From: Nitrospirota bacterium | GTDB lineage: Bacteria; Nitrospirota; JACRHJ01 | Direction of reading: 5' to 3' | Assembly (NCBI GenBank): GCA_963733375.1 | Contig: CAVTDB010000003.1 | Coordinates: forward strand, 32,001-96,000 | DNA: 64,000 nucleotides | Shown: positions 11,436 to 23,148 of the stretch, piece after piece | Position numbering within the stretch: the first letter of the stretch is position 1 | How the letters are laid out: each line of letters starts with the position of its first letter | Notes under the pieces: generated by a model | The model's input: only the letters and a program-made list of their open reading frames with translations | Databases searched by the model: none | What the model was told of the DNA's origin: nothing | Program-made: the position numbers and the translations under genes

Positions 11436-11885
11436 TTATCTGGACGTTAAAGGTATGTAATCGATATGCGCGGAGTCCAGTGCAGGCTTTTTGCCTACCC
11501 CGTAATAGAAGTAGCTTCCGATTATCGTGAAATCCTTCTCTTCTCCATTTGTCTTCATCGTTATGGCAAAAGGCGAGGCCGGGTAGAACGGTGATTCTAT
11601 GTCTTCATCACGCGGCATCCCTTCAGCCGAATTCACTATCTTGCCCTGCTCGTCCAGCCCGACCAGACTCAGCTTGACCGCTTGCAGTCCATTATCGAGG
11701 CTGAACGGTTCGACGAACCCCTGTGCGGTAACGGTATTTTTATCCGGCCGGATAATGTTCCAGTACACCTTGATAAAAAGCGTATTCTTGCGGAACTGGT
11801 AGTCCCGGGCATGATACGTAGTGGCGGAGTAGTGCGCACAACCCGCGAGCAGCAAAAGCGTTATAACGAGCGCCAGCTTTTTCAT
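11436..11885 (-). CDS. Hypothetical lipoprotein
   Basis: MKKLALVITLLLLAGC lipobox and AGGAGG RBS. Confidence 0.75.
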   Translation of the reverse strand: MKKLALVITLLLLAGCAHYSATTYHARDYQFRKNTLFIKVYWNIIRPDKNTVTAQGFVEPFSLDNGLQAVKLSLVGLDEQGKIVNSAEGMPRDEDIESPFYPASPFAITMKTNGEEKDFTIIGSYFYYGVGKKPALDSAHIDYIPLTSR

Positions 11886-11971
11886 TGCGATTCCCCTCCT
11901 GAAGAAACTCTTTTATTTTATTATATCTTTTATTTTTTAATCAGAGGGAAAGCGGAAGCGGCGGAATCCGC

Positions 11972-12000
11972 TTGACAAGTAAACGATTGTTCACTATGCA
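11972..12000 (+). promoter_or_regulatory. sigma70-type promoter with a candidate LexA operator in the spacer
   Basis: TTGACA at 11972-11977 followed by the near-palindrome AGTAAAC-GATT-GTTCACT (11978-11995), directly upstream of lexA. Confidence 0.6.
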
Positions 12001-12019
12001 CTATATGCATGAGGAAATT

Positions 12020-12604
12020 ATGAGAGAAAGGACAAAGATGGAATCCCATATCGTGGAAATAAACAGCTTTTACCGCGAAAAAGGCAGGATGCCGTCTTAT
12101 TCGGAGATGGGCGAACTCGTCGGGTTTAAATCCAAAAATGCCGTATTCAAGCTTGTCGGCAGGCTTGAGGCGGCGAATGTCCTGAAAAGAGACGATAAAG
12201 GCAGGCTTATCCCCGTCTCGATTAAAAATACGACGAAGGTGCTGGGCACGGTCGAGGCGGGCTGGCCGTCTCCCGCCGAAGAGGAGCTTGCCGACACTTT
12301 ATCCCTGGATGAATTTCTCATAGAGAACCCTGCCGCTACTTTCATGTTAAAAGTCTCGGGGGACTCCATGACGGGGGCCGGGATAATGCCGGGCGATATG
12401 GTCCTGGTCGATAAAGGCGCGGTGCCGAAAAGCGGAGATATAGTAATCGCCGAAGTCGATAACGAATGGACGATGAAATACTTGCGTAAAAGAGGCGAAA
12501 GCGTCTCGCTGGTCCCTGCAAATCCCGCTTACAAACCGATAAAGCCAAAAGACGAACTCCGCATTGCAGGCGTGGTAACCGCGGTAATAAGGAAGTATAA
12601 GTAA
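12020..12604 (+). CDS. lexA: LexA-family repressor (wHTH + S24 peptidase)
   Basis: MPSYSEMGELVGFKSKNAVFK HTH, EAG cleavage site, GDSM serine and TMKYL lysine. Confidence 0.88.
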   Translation: MRERTKMESHIVEINSFYREKGRMPSYSEMGELVGFKSKNAVFKLVGRLEAANVLKRDDKGRLIPVSIKNTTKVLGTVEAGWPSPAEEELADTLSLDEFLIENPAATFMLKVSGDSMTGAGIMPGDMVLVDKGAVPKSGDIVIAEVDNEWTMKYLRKRGESVSLVPANPAYKPIKPKDELRIAGVVTAVIRKYK

Positions 12605-12622
12605 CCCCCACGGCAGCGCCAG

Positions 12623-13937
12623 ATGAATAATCAGCCTTTAACTATTTCCTCGTGGCCGCGGGCCATCCTCCATGTGGACGCCGACGCTTTCTTTGCGTCA
12701 TGCGAGCAGTCCCTGCACCCCGAATACAAGAACAGGCCGGTTATAACGGGCAAGGAGCGCGGTATAGTAGCCGCGTTCAGTTATGAGGCCAAGGCACGGG
12801 GCGTGAAGCGGGGCATGCGGCTTTTCGAGGCGAAGAAAGTTTGTCCCGACGCCGTGATACTTCCGTCCGATTATGAAAGTTACGGGCTCTTCTCTTTGCG
12901 CATGTTCGAGATACTTCGCCGGTTTTCCCCGGACGTGGAGGAGTACAGCATCGACGAGGCCTTCGTGGATTTAACCGGATTAAGGAGGAGCTTCCACGGC
13001 TCCTACGGGTCCATTGCCGAAAAGGTCCAGCAGACAATCCAGAAAGAGCTGGACCTTTCCGTGTCGGTCGGGGTGAGCCTCTCCAAGGTCCTTGCGAAGA
13101 TTGGATCAAAAAACAATAAACCCCATGGCATTACCATTATTCCCGGACGTGAAATCCATACATACCTTGAAAAACTACCCAGTGGAAAGCGTCTGGGGCA
13201 TCGGGAGAAATACCGCCGCCTATCTTAATAAATTCGGGATAAAGACGGCCCTGGACTTTGCCGGAAAAGACGAGGCTTTTCTAAAGAAACACTTATCGAA
13301 ACCGTATCAGGCCGTATGGCATGAGTTAAACGGCAGGAGCGTGTTCCCGGTAACGACGGAGACCAAAACCACCTATCAATCCATCGGAAAATCAAGGACG
13401 TTTACCCCGCCCTCAAGCGACAAGTCTTTCGTTTACGCCCAGCTGTCGAAAAACCTGGAAAACGCATGCATAAAAGCCAGGCGCTATAACCTCGCCGCCA
13501 AGCGGCTAATCCTTTTCTTAAAGAGGCAGGATTTCAGTCATGACGGTCTGGAGATTTCGCTGACACGGCCCACGGCGTATCCCGTCGAATTATTCGAGAC
13601 GTTAAGGGAGGGATTTTCCCAGGTATTCAAATCTAAAGTCTTATACCGTTCCACGGGTGTCGTCCTTGCGGGCCTCATGCCGGAGGTCCAGGTCCAGTAT
13701 ACCCTCTTCGACGACACCGCGAAGATTAAGAAGATGGAAAAGATATACAGCGCCATCGACGCCTTATCGAATAAATACGGGAAACATACAGTCCAGCATT
13801 GTTCAAGCCTGCCGACTAAAATACAGGCCCAGCATGAGGGCGAGCGCGGGGACGTGCCCGTGAGGAAAGACGACCTGTTAAGGGGAGAGAACAAACGGCA
13901 GCGGATAGGAGTCCCGATGGTTTATATCAAGATTTAG
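12623..13937 (+). CDS. dinB: Y-family DNA polymerase IV (frameshifted near 13180)
   Basis: ILHVDADAFFASCEQ, SYEAKARGV, YSIDEAF and VWGIG; C-terminal little-finger region. Confidence 0.9.
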
Positions 13938-13980
13938 GGGCAAGCGGAAGCCCGCGCAGTTTAGCGCTGCGGTCCCACAA

Positions 13981-14010
13981 AAAAGGCCCCGGAATATTCC
14001 GGGGCCTTTT
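13981..14010. terminator. Bidirectional rho-independent terminator
   Basis: Perfect 30-bp palindrome AAAAGGCCCCGGAATATTCCGGGGCCTTTT between convergent dinB and csp. Confidence 0.85.
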
Positions 14011-14033
14011 GGATTTACCAATCGTTTTTCAGT

Positions 14034-14231
14034 TTACGCGTTCCTGACGTTGACCGCCTGTGGTCCCTTCGGGCCGTCAGTCACTTCAAACTCTACCTGC
14101 TGTCCTTCGCTCAGGCTCTTGAAACCTTCCATCTTTATCTCGGAAAAATGCACGAACACGTCCTTGCCTTCTTCCGGAGTGATGAAACCATAGCCCTTGC
14201 TCTCATTGAACCACTTCACTGTACCCTTCAA
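14034..14231 (-). CDS. Cold-shock protein
   Basis: [25 protein letters not shown] and [10 protein letters not shown]. Confidence 0.95.
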   Translation of the reverse strand: MKGTVKWFNESKGYGFITPEEGKDVFVHFSEIKMEGFKSLSEGQQVEFEVTDGPKGPQAVNVRNA

Positions 14232-14433
14232 TTCAATACCCCTTTTTCCTTGGCGGGCGCAAATTTGCGCTTTTCGCCAGTTGTAAACCTGTTAAAATGT
14301 CATTTAATATAGATCTACAAGAAAACAGGCATAAAGAAAGCTGCCAGCAACGCTGGCTGCAACACTTGATATAATTATATCTGATTATCGCCGGGATGTA
14401 CAGTTTTAATTAAGCGCCCTGTAAAGAGGTGGC

Positions 14434-14823
14434 ATGATGAAATTTATAGTCCTGCCGGGAAGAATACTTTTTGCGGCGATATTCGTCATGGCCGCGCCGA
14501 ACCACTTCAAGGCGGCCACCATCGCATACGCCTCGGGGCACGGCGTCCCCATGGCCGGCATACTCGTGCCGCTATCGGGGGTGATGGCGCTCATGGGGGG
14601 CCTCAGCATAATCCTCGGATATAAGGCGCGGTACGGGGCATGGCTCCTGGTGCTGTTCCTTGTCCCGGTGACCTTTACGATGCATAACTTCTGGGCCGTG
14701 GCCGACCCGTCGGCGGCGAAGTTCCAGCAGGTCATGTTCATAAAAAATATCTCGATGCTGGGCGCGGCACTGATGATCACTTACTTCGGGTCCGGGCCGT
14801 TCAGCCTCGACAGGGGAAAATAA
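14434..14823 (+). CDS. DoxX family membrane protein
   Basis: GRILFAAIF, GYKARYGA, HNFW and FIKNISMLG. Confidence 0.88.
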   Translation: MMKFIVLPGRILFAAIFVMAAPNHFKAATIAYASGHGVPMAGILVPLSGVMALMGGLSIILGYKARYGAWLLVLFLVPVTFTMHNFWAVADPSAAKFQQVMFIKNISMLGAALMITYFGSGPFSLDRGK

Positions 14824-14869
14824 CTGAGAGATATTATGAATTTGCAGGCCCGGAAATAATCCCCCATAG

Positions 14870-16645
<1,776 letters not shown>

Positions 16646-16659
<14 letters not shown>

Positions 16660-16945
16660 CGGGTTGAGCAGGAAGGACTTCTTAAAGGAAGTTGACGACG
16701 AGTCCAGGCGGCTGAAGGCCTCGAGGGGCGACAAAAAGGGGATGTGGCATTACCTCGCCTCGTCGGTCTCGGTTGGGTGGCTCGTAGTCATTCCGGCCTT
16801 GGGCGGCGCGTACCTGGGCAGGTACCTGGACCGCCGCCTGAACATGGGCGGATTTTGGACTCTGAGCCTCATGATGGCGGGCATTGTGGCCGGGATATTC
16901 TGGATATGGTATTCGGGTATGGGAAGAGGCGGTAAACTGAAATGA
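16646..16945 (+). CDS. N-ATPase AtpQ (AtpZ/AtpI-like)
   Basis: VGWLVVIPALGGAYLGRYLD and WTLSLM; lies between atpC and atpB. Confidence 0.82.
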
Positions 16946-17626
16946 CGAACATATCGTCCGACATCATTTTCACGGCTGGGCCCTGTCGAAATCTCGGACG
17001 CCGTGGTGATAACCTGGGCCGGGATGGCGGTCGCGATAATCCTGGGTTACATCGCGGGCAAGAGGCTCAAGCTTTACCCGCGCAAGTGGCAGAACCTGCT
17101 CGAAGCCGCGGCTACCGGCGTGAACTCCGCCATCGAGGAGGTCATGGAGCGCGACCCGTGGCCTTTTTTCCCGTTGATAGCGACAATATGGTTCATGATT
17201 GGCTGCGCCAACCTGACGGGAATAGTCCCGGGCCTCATTTCACCCACGAGGGACATAAGCACCGCGGCGGCGCTGGCCGCGATATCGTTTCTATCCGTCC
17301 ATTACTTCGGGATCAGGTACAGAGGGTTCCTGCACTACCTCAAGCACTACATGGAGCCTGTCTGGGTACTCTTTCCGTTCCACATAATAAGCGAGCTGTC
17401 CAGGACCGTCGCCCTGATGCTGAGGCTTTTCGGAAACGTAATGAGCGGCGAGATGATAGCCGGCGTGCTCCTTATCGTGGCGGGGTTTTTGGTGCCCGTC
17501 CCTTTCGCGCTGCTCGAGGTAGTCGTGGCAATCCTTCAGGCATACATATTCGGGATGCTGACGCTCATATTCATAGCGGCCGGCGTACAGGCCATTGAGG
17601 TCGAGAAAACAAAGGAGGCGGCTTAA
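16942..17626 (+). CDS. atpB: N-ATPase a subunit (frameshift near the start)
   Basis: [10 protein letters not shown], then [27 protein letters not shown] and LQAYIF. Confidence 0.92.
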
Positions 17627-17627
17627 A

Positions 17628-17894
17628 ATGGATTCCAAAACGATCGTGGTAGTCGTATCCATCGCGGCGGCGGCGCTGGCCATCGCGATCGGAGGTTACG
17701 GTCCGGCAAGGTCCGAGGGCGAGGCTGTCGCGAAGGCGATGGAGGCGATAGCCAGACAGCCTGAGTCGTCCGGCCAGATAATGAGGACGCTCTTCGTGGG
17801 CCTGGCCTTCATCGAGGCGATAGCGATATACGCGCTCGTTATAGCCATGGTCATCCTGTTCGCCAACCCGCTCCTGGAGTTCATCAAAAAATGA
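17628..17894 (+). CDS. atpE: N-ATPase c subunit
   Basis: GPARSEG, AIARQPE and [14 protein letters not shown]; AAGGAGG RBS. Confidence 0.95.
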   Translation: MDSKTIVVVVSIAAAALAIAIGGYGPARSEGEAVAKAMEAIARQPESSGQIMRTLFVGLAFIEAIAIYALVIAMVILFANPLLEFIKK

Positions 17895-18625
17895 AATTCA
17901 GCATAACGACATTCGTTATACAGATAATCAATTTCGTGCTGCTCTCCTACATCCTGTACCGCGTCCTGTACAAGCCGCTCAGGAACATCATGGAGAAACG
18001 CAGGCGGCTCGTGATGGAAGACATCGACCGCGCCTTGCGGATGAAGGAGGACGCTGTAAAGCTCAAGGAGAAGTACGAAAAACTGATGAAGGAGATCGAC
18101 AGCTTCGAGAAGAAGGAGATGGAAAAGGCGGTGGGACAGGGCGAAGAGGCCAAAGCCGCAATACTCGAACGTGCCTCGCGCGAGGCGCGTGAAGAAAAAG
18201 AGAAAGCCGCCGCGGTCATAGAGAATGAGCGCAGGGAGATGATGTCTTCACTGAAGATGGACGCCGCCGAGATCAGCGCGGAGCTGGCTTCAAGGCTCCT
18301 TTCCTCCCTGGCGGACGTGTCGCTCCACAGGAAGCTGGTGGAGATGATGCTTAAGGAGCTTGAGGAACATCCGCCTTCCGTGGCCGGGAGGCCCGGCGAA
18401 GGCGCGAAGGCGGTCGTGGCGTCCGCGTACGCCCTTGACGAATCGGAGTCCAGAAGCATGGAGACGCTGCTGAAGGACTACGTCGGGCAAAGGGTCGCCA
18501 TAGAACAGAAGGTCGAGCCGGAACTTATCGCGGGCGTGAGGCTGTGGCTGGACGGACACGTGCTCGACGGGAGCATCAAGGGCCAGCTGGCCGCATTCAA
18601 GGAACGCGCCCTGGAGGGGCCTTAA
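17891..18625 (+). CDS. atpF: N-ATPase b subunit fused to a delta-like domain
   Basis: [14 protein letters not shown], coiled coil, C-terminal PELIAGVRL...DGSI. Confidence 0.9.
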   Translation: MKFSITTFVIQIINFVLLSYILYRVLYKPLRNIMEKRRRLVMEDIDRALRMKEDAVKLKEKYEKLMKEIDSFEKKEMEKAVGQGEEAKAAILERASREAREEKEKAAAVIENERREMMSSLKMDAAEISAELASRLLSSLADVSLHRKLVEMMLKELEEHPPSVAGRPGEGAKAVVASAYALDESESRSMETLLKDYVGQRVAIEQKVEPELIAGVRLWLDGHVLDGSIKGQLAAFKERALEGP

Positions 18626-18630
18626 GCGAA

Positions 18631-20172
18631 GTGGATGCGATAATAGAAAAACTGAGGCAGGCGGCGGGCCGCGCCTCCATGCAGGTCGTCAGGCAGTCGG
18701 AGGGCGTGGTGCTCTCCGTGGGCGACGGCATCGCGACGATAAGCGGGCTATACGGCGCGAGCCTTTACGAATTGCTGGAGTTTCCGGGCGGCGTCAAGGG
18801 TATCGCTTTCGACCTGGACCCGGAGGTGATCCGTGTGGTGCTCCTTGAAGGCGAGGAGGGCATAAGCACGGGGGACACGGTAAGGCTGACCGGCAGGACG
18901 CTCTCGGTACCAGTGGGCGAGGGCTTTATCGGGCGGGTAATCAGCCCGATCGGGAGGCCGCTCGACGGGTTTGCGCCGCCCGCGGCGTCCAGCTACTACC
19001 CGCTTGAACGCGTCGCGCCGGCCGTGGTAAAGAGGGACTACGTCTCCCAGCCTGTTTATACCGGCATCCGCGCGATCGATTCCATGATACCAATCGGAAG
19101 GGGCCAGCGCGAGCTTATCGTGGGCGACAGCGCAAGCGGCAAGACGTCGATCGCCATAGACACCATAATCAACCAGAAGGGCAAGGACATCCTGTGCGTG
19201 TATGTGGCGGTAGGCCAGAAGGTCTCCACTACGCTAAGGGTGGTCGAGCAGCTTAAGAAGCATGACGCGATGGGGCATACGTTAATCGTGTGCGCCGGCG
19301 CGGACACCCCGCTTGGGCTTCAGTACATTGCGCCTTACGCGGGCTGCGCCATCGCCGAGTCTTTTTTCGACAGGGGCATCGATACGCTTGTCGTATACGA
19401 CGACCTGACAAGGCACGCCGAGGCGTACCGCTCGCTTTCGCTTTTGCTGAGGCGTCCTCCCGGCAGAGAGGCGTTTCCGGGTGATATCTTCTTCCTGCAC
19501 TCCCGGCTGCTGGAGCGCTCCGCCAAGCTCGCAAGCCACTACGGCGGCGCGTCCATGACCGCCTTGCCGATAGTCGAGACGCAGTCCGGCAGGATATCGA
19601 GCTACATCCCCACGAACCTCATCTCGATAACGGACGGCCAGATATACCTTGACCCCGAGCTGTTCGACAAGGGCATACTGCCGGCCATTGACCTGCGGAA
19701 ATCGGTTTCGAGGGTCGGCGGCAAGGCGCAGGCGCCGGCGATGCGCGAGGTATCAAAGAGGCTGAAGATAGAATACGAGCATTTCATGGAGGTGGAGGTA
19801 TTCACCAAGTTCGGGGCGAAGTTAGACAGTGAGACGCTCTCGGTATTGAGGCGCGGCGAGCTTTTAAGAGAGATACTGAAGCAGGAGCGGTTCAAGCCAA
19901 TGCCTGCCGAGGAGCAGGTCTGCGTGTTCCATGCCCACGGGCAGGGATACCTGGACGGACTGAAGCCGGAGGAGGTCTGGCCGTTTCTCGGCGCGTATAT
20001 AAAAGAGCTTCACTCGCTGCAGGAGGACCTCTTAGACGAGTTGCGGGGCGACAAGACGCTTACATCCAGGATGAAGACCAGGCTTGAAAAAACCCTGAAA
20101 AGGATGACAGCCAGGAAAACGGTGACGGATGATATCGAGCAGGGAACTGGAGAACCGGAGAAAGAGCAATAA
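18631..20172 (+). CDS. atpA: N-ATPase alpha subunit
   Basis: VGDGIA, PIGRGQRELIVGDSASGKT, RRPPGREAFPGD and PTNLISITDGQI. Confidence 0.95.
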   Translation: MDAIIEKLRQAAGRASMQVVRQSEGVVLSVGDGIATISGLYGASLYELLEFPGGVKGIAFDLDPEVIRVVLLEGEEGISTGDTVRLTGRTLSVPVGEGFIGRVISPIGRPLDGFAPPAASSYYPLERVAPAVVKRDYVSQPVYTGIRAIDSMIPIGRGQRELIVGDSASGKTSIAIDTIINQKGKDILCVYVAVGQKVSTTLRVVEQLKKHDAMGHTLIVCAGADTPLGLQYIAPYAGCAIAESFFDRGIDTLVVYDDLTRHAEAYRSLSLLLRRPPGREAFPGDIFFLHSRLLERSAKLASHYGGASMTALPIVETQSGRISSYIPTNLISITDGQIYLDPELFDKGILPAIDLRKSVSRVGGKAQAPAMREVSKRLKIEYEHFMEVEVFTKFGAKLDSETLSVLRRGELLREILKQERFKPMPAEEQVCVFHAHGQGYLDGLKPEEVWPFLGAYIKELHSLQEDLLDELRGDKTLTSRMKTRLEKTLKRMTARKTVTDDIEQGTGEPEKEQ

Positions 20173-20983
20173 ATCAATCCTGGGCGTCGTCAAGGCGATG
20201 AAGGCCCTGTCCGCGGCGAACGTCCGGAAAGGCGGGAGCGTGCTCGAACACACGCGCCGGTACAGGGAGTTCGTGGACCGGGCCGCTTCAGTCGCGGCCT
20301 CGCTTCCGGGAGTCAGCATACTGCCGCAGGGCGAAAAGACGCTGATCGTGGCTTTCGGCTCTCAGTACGGGCTATGCGGGGCGCTGAACGAACGGGTATT
20401 GGAAGAGGTTGCCGAGGCCGTCACTGGGCGGGCGGATATAGCGGGAATAATCTACACGGGCAGGCGTATAGCGGACCGGGCACCCACCCTTTTCATCCCG
20501 GCGGAAGACATCGACGCGCCGGGCTCCGTAGATGGGCTCGACGAGACGGTCAGCGAGCTTCTGACGATGATTTACAACAGATACAAGGACGAGGTTTTTG
20601 GAGAGCTGCTCTTCATATACCCGTCGTTCGCACAGGATACGCTCATGGTAAACCGGCACCCCGTCCTGCCGCCCCCCTTCAAGCCGCAAGAGATGGAGCG
20701 TGCCTTGCCGCCCATGCTCTACATCCCGCCTGCCTCCGTGATGGAAGGGGTGTTAGAGGAATATATTTATGTCCAGCTTTACGCCACCGCGCTCGAGACG
20801 GTGATAGCGGAGAACGAAAGCCGGATGCGGAGCATGGACTACGCCGAAAAAAATATCAAGAAGCGCATCGATGAGCTGTCGAGTTCCTACAATTACGCGC
20901 TCCAGGAGGAGGTCACGGGAGAGATCCTCGAGATAATCGGCGGATACGAGGCCCTCGGGGTGCATTTAAAAAACACGCGATAA
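20129..20983 (+). CDS. atpG: N-ATPase gamma subunit
   Basis: GVVKAMKALSA, GLCGALN, ENESRMRSM and QEEVTGEILEI. Confidence 0.92.
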   Translation: MISSRELENRRKSNKSILGVVKAMKALSAANVRKGGSVLEHTRRYREFVDRAASVAASLPGVSILPQGEKTLIVAFGSQYGLCGALNERVLEEVAEAVTGRADIAGIIYTGRRIADRAPTLFIPAEDIDAPGSVDGLDETVSELLTMIYNRYKDEVFGELLFIYPSFAQDTLMVNRHPVLPPPFKPQEMERALPPMLYIPPASVMEGVLEEYIYVQLYATALETVIAENESRMRSMDYAEKNIKKRIDELSSSYNYALQEEVTGEILEIIGGYEALGVHLKNTR

Positions 20984-21014
20984 ATGATTTAAATCAGCAT
21001 GGTTTTGCACCAAA

Positions 21015-21041
21015 AATAAGCCACCCTTACGGTGGCTTATT
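21015..21041. terminator. Terminator hairpin
   Basis: AATAAGCCACC-CTTAC-GGTGGCTTATT with flanking A/T runs. Confidence 0.75.
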
Positions 21042-21048
21042 GATTTTT

Positions 21049-21075
21049 GCCGCCCGGGCCGGGACTCGAAACCAA
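21049..21075 (-). other. Degenerate tRNA 3'-end fragment (att-site-like remnant)
   Basis: Minus strand reads TTCGAGT-CCCGG-CCCGGGC-GGCA: T-loop, 3' T-stem and acceptor strand. No 5' half of a tRNA is present. Confidence 0.5.
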
Positions 21076-21128
21076 GGGTATAATTACGCTACTCCTGCCC
21101 TTATCCCGCCCTTAACGGCGCTAATCCA

Positions 21129-21596
21129 TCATGCCGCTTTTTTGAACGCGACTTTGGCAGCCTCCTCGATTTCCTTCGCCGTCATGTCCTTTACATGGGT
21201 GGCGAGGCTCCAGCAGTACCCGAACTGGTCATGCACCGTGCCGACCCGGTCTCCCCAGAACATGTCATCTACGGCCATCTTGGACTGGGCGCCCGCTGTT
21301 ACGGCCTTTTTGTAGGCTTCGTCCACGTTTTCGAGGTAAATATAGAAGCTGACGGGGGAGCCTCCCAGGGTTTCCGCGCTTTTATTTTGCATCTGCGGGT
21401 TTTCATCCATAATCATGAAGATCGAGTCGCCTATCTGGATTTCCGCGTGCATCACCCCTTTGCCGTCCGGTCCGGGCATGGCGTAGCGCTCAACGGCGCC
21501 AAGGGCCTTTTTGTAAAAATCGATGGCCTTTCGGGCGTCCTTGAACGTCAACGTCGGCGTGACGCTGTGATATCCTTCCGGTATTGCTTTTGGCAT
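21129..21596 (-). CDS. VOC family (PhnB/glyoxalase-like) protein
   Basis: IPEGYHSVTP, AIDFYKKALGA, MHAEIQIGDS and DMFWGDR. Confidence 0.9.
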   Translation of the reverse strand: MPKAIPEGYHSVTPTLTFKDARKAIDFYKKALGAVERYAMPGPDGKGVMHAEIQIGDSIFMIMDENPQMQNKSAETLGGSPVSFYIYLENVDEAYKKAVTAGAQSKMAVDDMFWGDRVGTVHDQFGYCWSLATHVKDMTAKEIEEAAKVAFKKAA

Positions 21597-21749
21597 TTCC
21601 AGCACCTCCTTGTAATACAGGCTTTTTCTCCTTTATATATAATTTTAGCACATATATGGAGGTAATCAAATTTGCCGCAATCCGGCTGCTCCGTTATATA
21701 TCTAAAAAGGCTTGCGCTGGCAGAAAGGGGTATTCGTCGGCTTAAGAAG

Positions 21750-22082
21750 TTATTTTGAATCGGACGGGAGGCGATAGGCTACGAAGGCGAAACAGAAAGA
21801 GATAAAGATGGCGATACAGGCTATGGTGTATGCGAGCTGTTGCCCATGCCATAACCCGTCAAACCACTGCATGAATTCCGTCGCAAGCACATTAGCGGTC
21901 CCGCCGTAGATTTCCACCTCGCGCAGGTACGCCTTGGAATTATCGAGCCCGGGCATCGGCACGCTATCCGGCGGGCCGCCGGAGGAAAGATAAATAGAAA
22001 GGGCGCCAGTCAAACCAACCAGTAGAATTATGGCGGAAATGAGGTAGAGCAGCGTCCGCTTTTGTATTGTCGTCTTTTGCAA
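21750..22082 (-). CDS. Small hypothetical membrane protein
   Basis: Two hydrophobic segments flanking YGGTANVLA...WFDGLWHG. Confidence 0.6.
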   Translation of the reverse strand: MQKTTIQKRTLLYLISAIILLVGLTGALSIYLSSGGPPDSVPMPGLDNSKAYLREVEIYGGTANVLATEFMQWFDGLWHGQQLAYTIACIAIFISFCFAFVAYRLPSDSK

Positions 22083-22257
22083 ATTTTATCCTGCATATCA
22101 ATAAAAAAGTCAGGCCGGGAGCCTTAAAGGCAGGCTCCCTGCCCGACCGTGACGCCGTCTAATCGAAGCCCGACACTATTCCTCCCCTTCTTCCTTTTCC
22201 CCACCCATCTTCATTTTATCCATCTTCATTTTATCGCAGCAGGCCATGCCGCAACCC

Positions 22258-22794
22258 TTATGCAGGTGCCTTCAGGCTTTTAAGCTGCTCGGGAGTCAGC
22301 ACGTCGCGCGCCTGCGCGGCATGTTGCAGGACGGCCGTTTCAAGCGCCAGACGAGCGTCTTCGACATCTTTCAGCTTCGCCGCCGCGTCCTCTACTTTAT
22401 AGTCCGGCCTCTCCAGGGTTTCCTTAAGGTCAATCCTCTTCAGCATCACGTCGGCGCCTTTGGATATGAAATCCTTCTTCATATCGAAGGATATCTTTTT
22501 CAGGGAAGCCAGCTGGTCGTCGGTCAGTTTCAACTCCTTCGCGTGCATGATGTAAAACCGCGGCATTTTGCCGGCCATCAAATCGCCCATGCGGCCGAAT
22601 TCGCCGCGTCCGCGTTCCATGCCTCTGCCATGCATCATGCCTCCCATGCCCCCGCCTTGATCGCCCTTCATGCCGCAGGACATGCCAGGCGCCCCGGGAC
22701 GGCCTGCCTCTCCCGGCCCCTCGTGCGCCATCGACACTATCGGGACAGACACGGCAAACAGAAAAGTAAAGACAAACATAGTAAGCTTCTTCAT
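22258..22794 (-). CDS. Spy/CpxP-like periplasmic protein (heavy-metal sensor type)
   Basis: Signal peptide, Met/Gly-rich segment, ELKLTDDQ and VLTPEQ motifs. The C-terminus may continue in another frame. Confidence 0.78.
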   Translation of the reverse strand: MKKLTMFVFTFLFAVSVPIVSMAHEGPGEAGRPGAPGMSCGMKGDQGGGMGGMMHGRGMERGRGEFGRMGDLMAGKMPRFYIMHAKELKLTDDQLASLKKISFDMKKDFISKGADVMLKRIDLKETLERPDYKVEDAAAKLKDVEDARLALETAVLQHAAQARDVLTPEQLKSLKAPA

Positions 22795-23019
22795 CTGGAA
22801 CCTCCGGGTTGATTGTATCATGTCGCCATCAGTGTAGAGGGCCGCCTTTTCATCTTTATTAAATTTTCCCGCACACCTCCATTTTTAAGTTAAACTCCGA
22901 AATTTAGCGGTGTCAAATGCCCGACGAGTTAATTAGAAAGACGGCATGTCCGGCAGAGAAGTTACAGAATAATCCGGCTTTTTTTTGCCTGATCGATTAA
23001 TTCTGCTTGTGCCCTTACG

Positions 23020-23130
23020 GACAACGCATTAAGATATTCCCCGGCAGGTTCAATAGTAGAAGTAAGCGGTACTGTTTGAGATAGAAGTTGCCGGCCACGG
23101 CCACGGTTTGCCGGAGGAAGATGAGAAAGG
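23020..23130 (+). pseudogene. Remnant of a KdpD-like histidine kinase HATPase domain
   Basis: Translates as DNALRYSPAGSIVEVSG, then EIEVAGHGHGLPEEDE in a shifted frame (N and G1 box relics), just upstream of kdpE. Confidence 0.5.
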
Positions 23131-23148
23131 GAAAAATGCCTCTTGGAA

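Noticed and set aside
21040-21125. Intact tRNA gene
   Set aside because: Only the 3' fragment is present; there is no D arm, anticodon arm or CCA.
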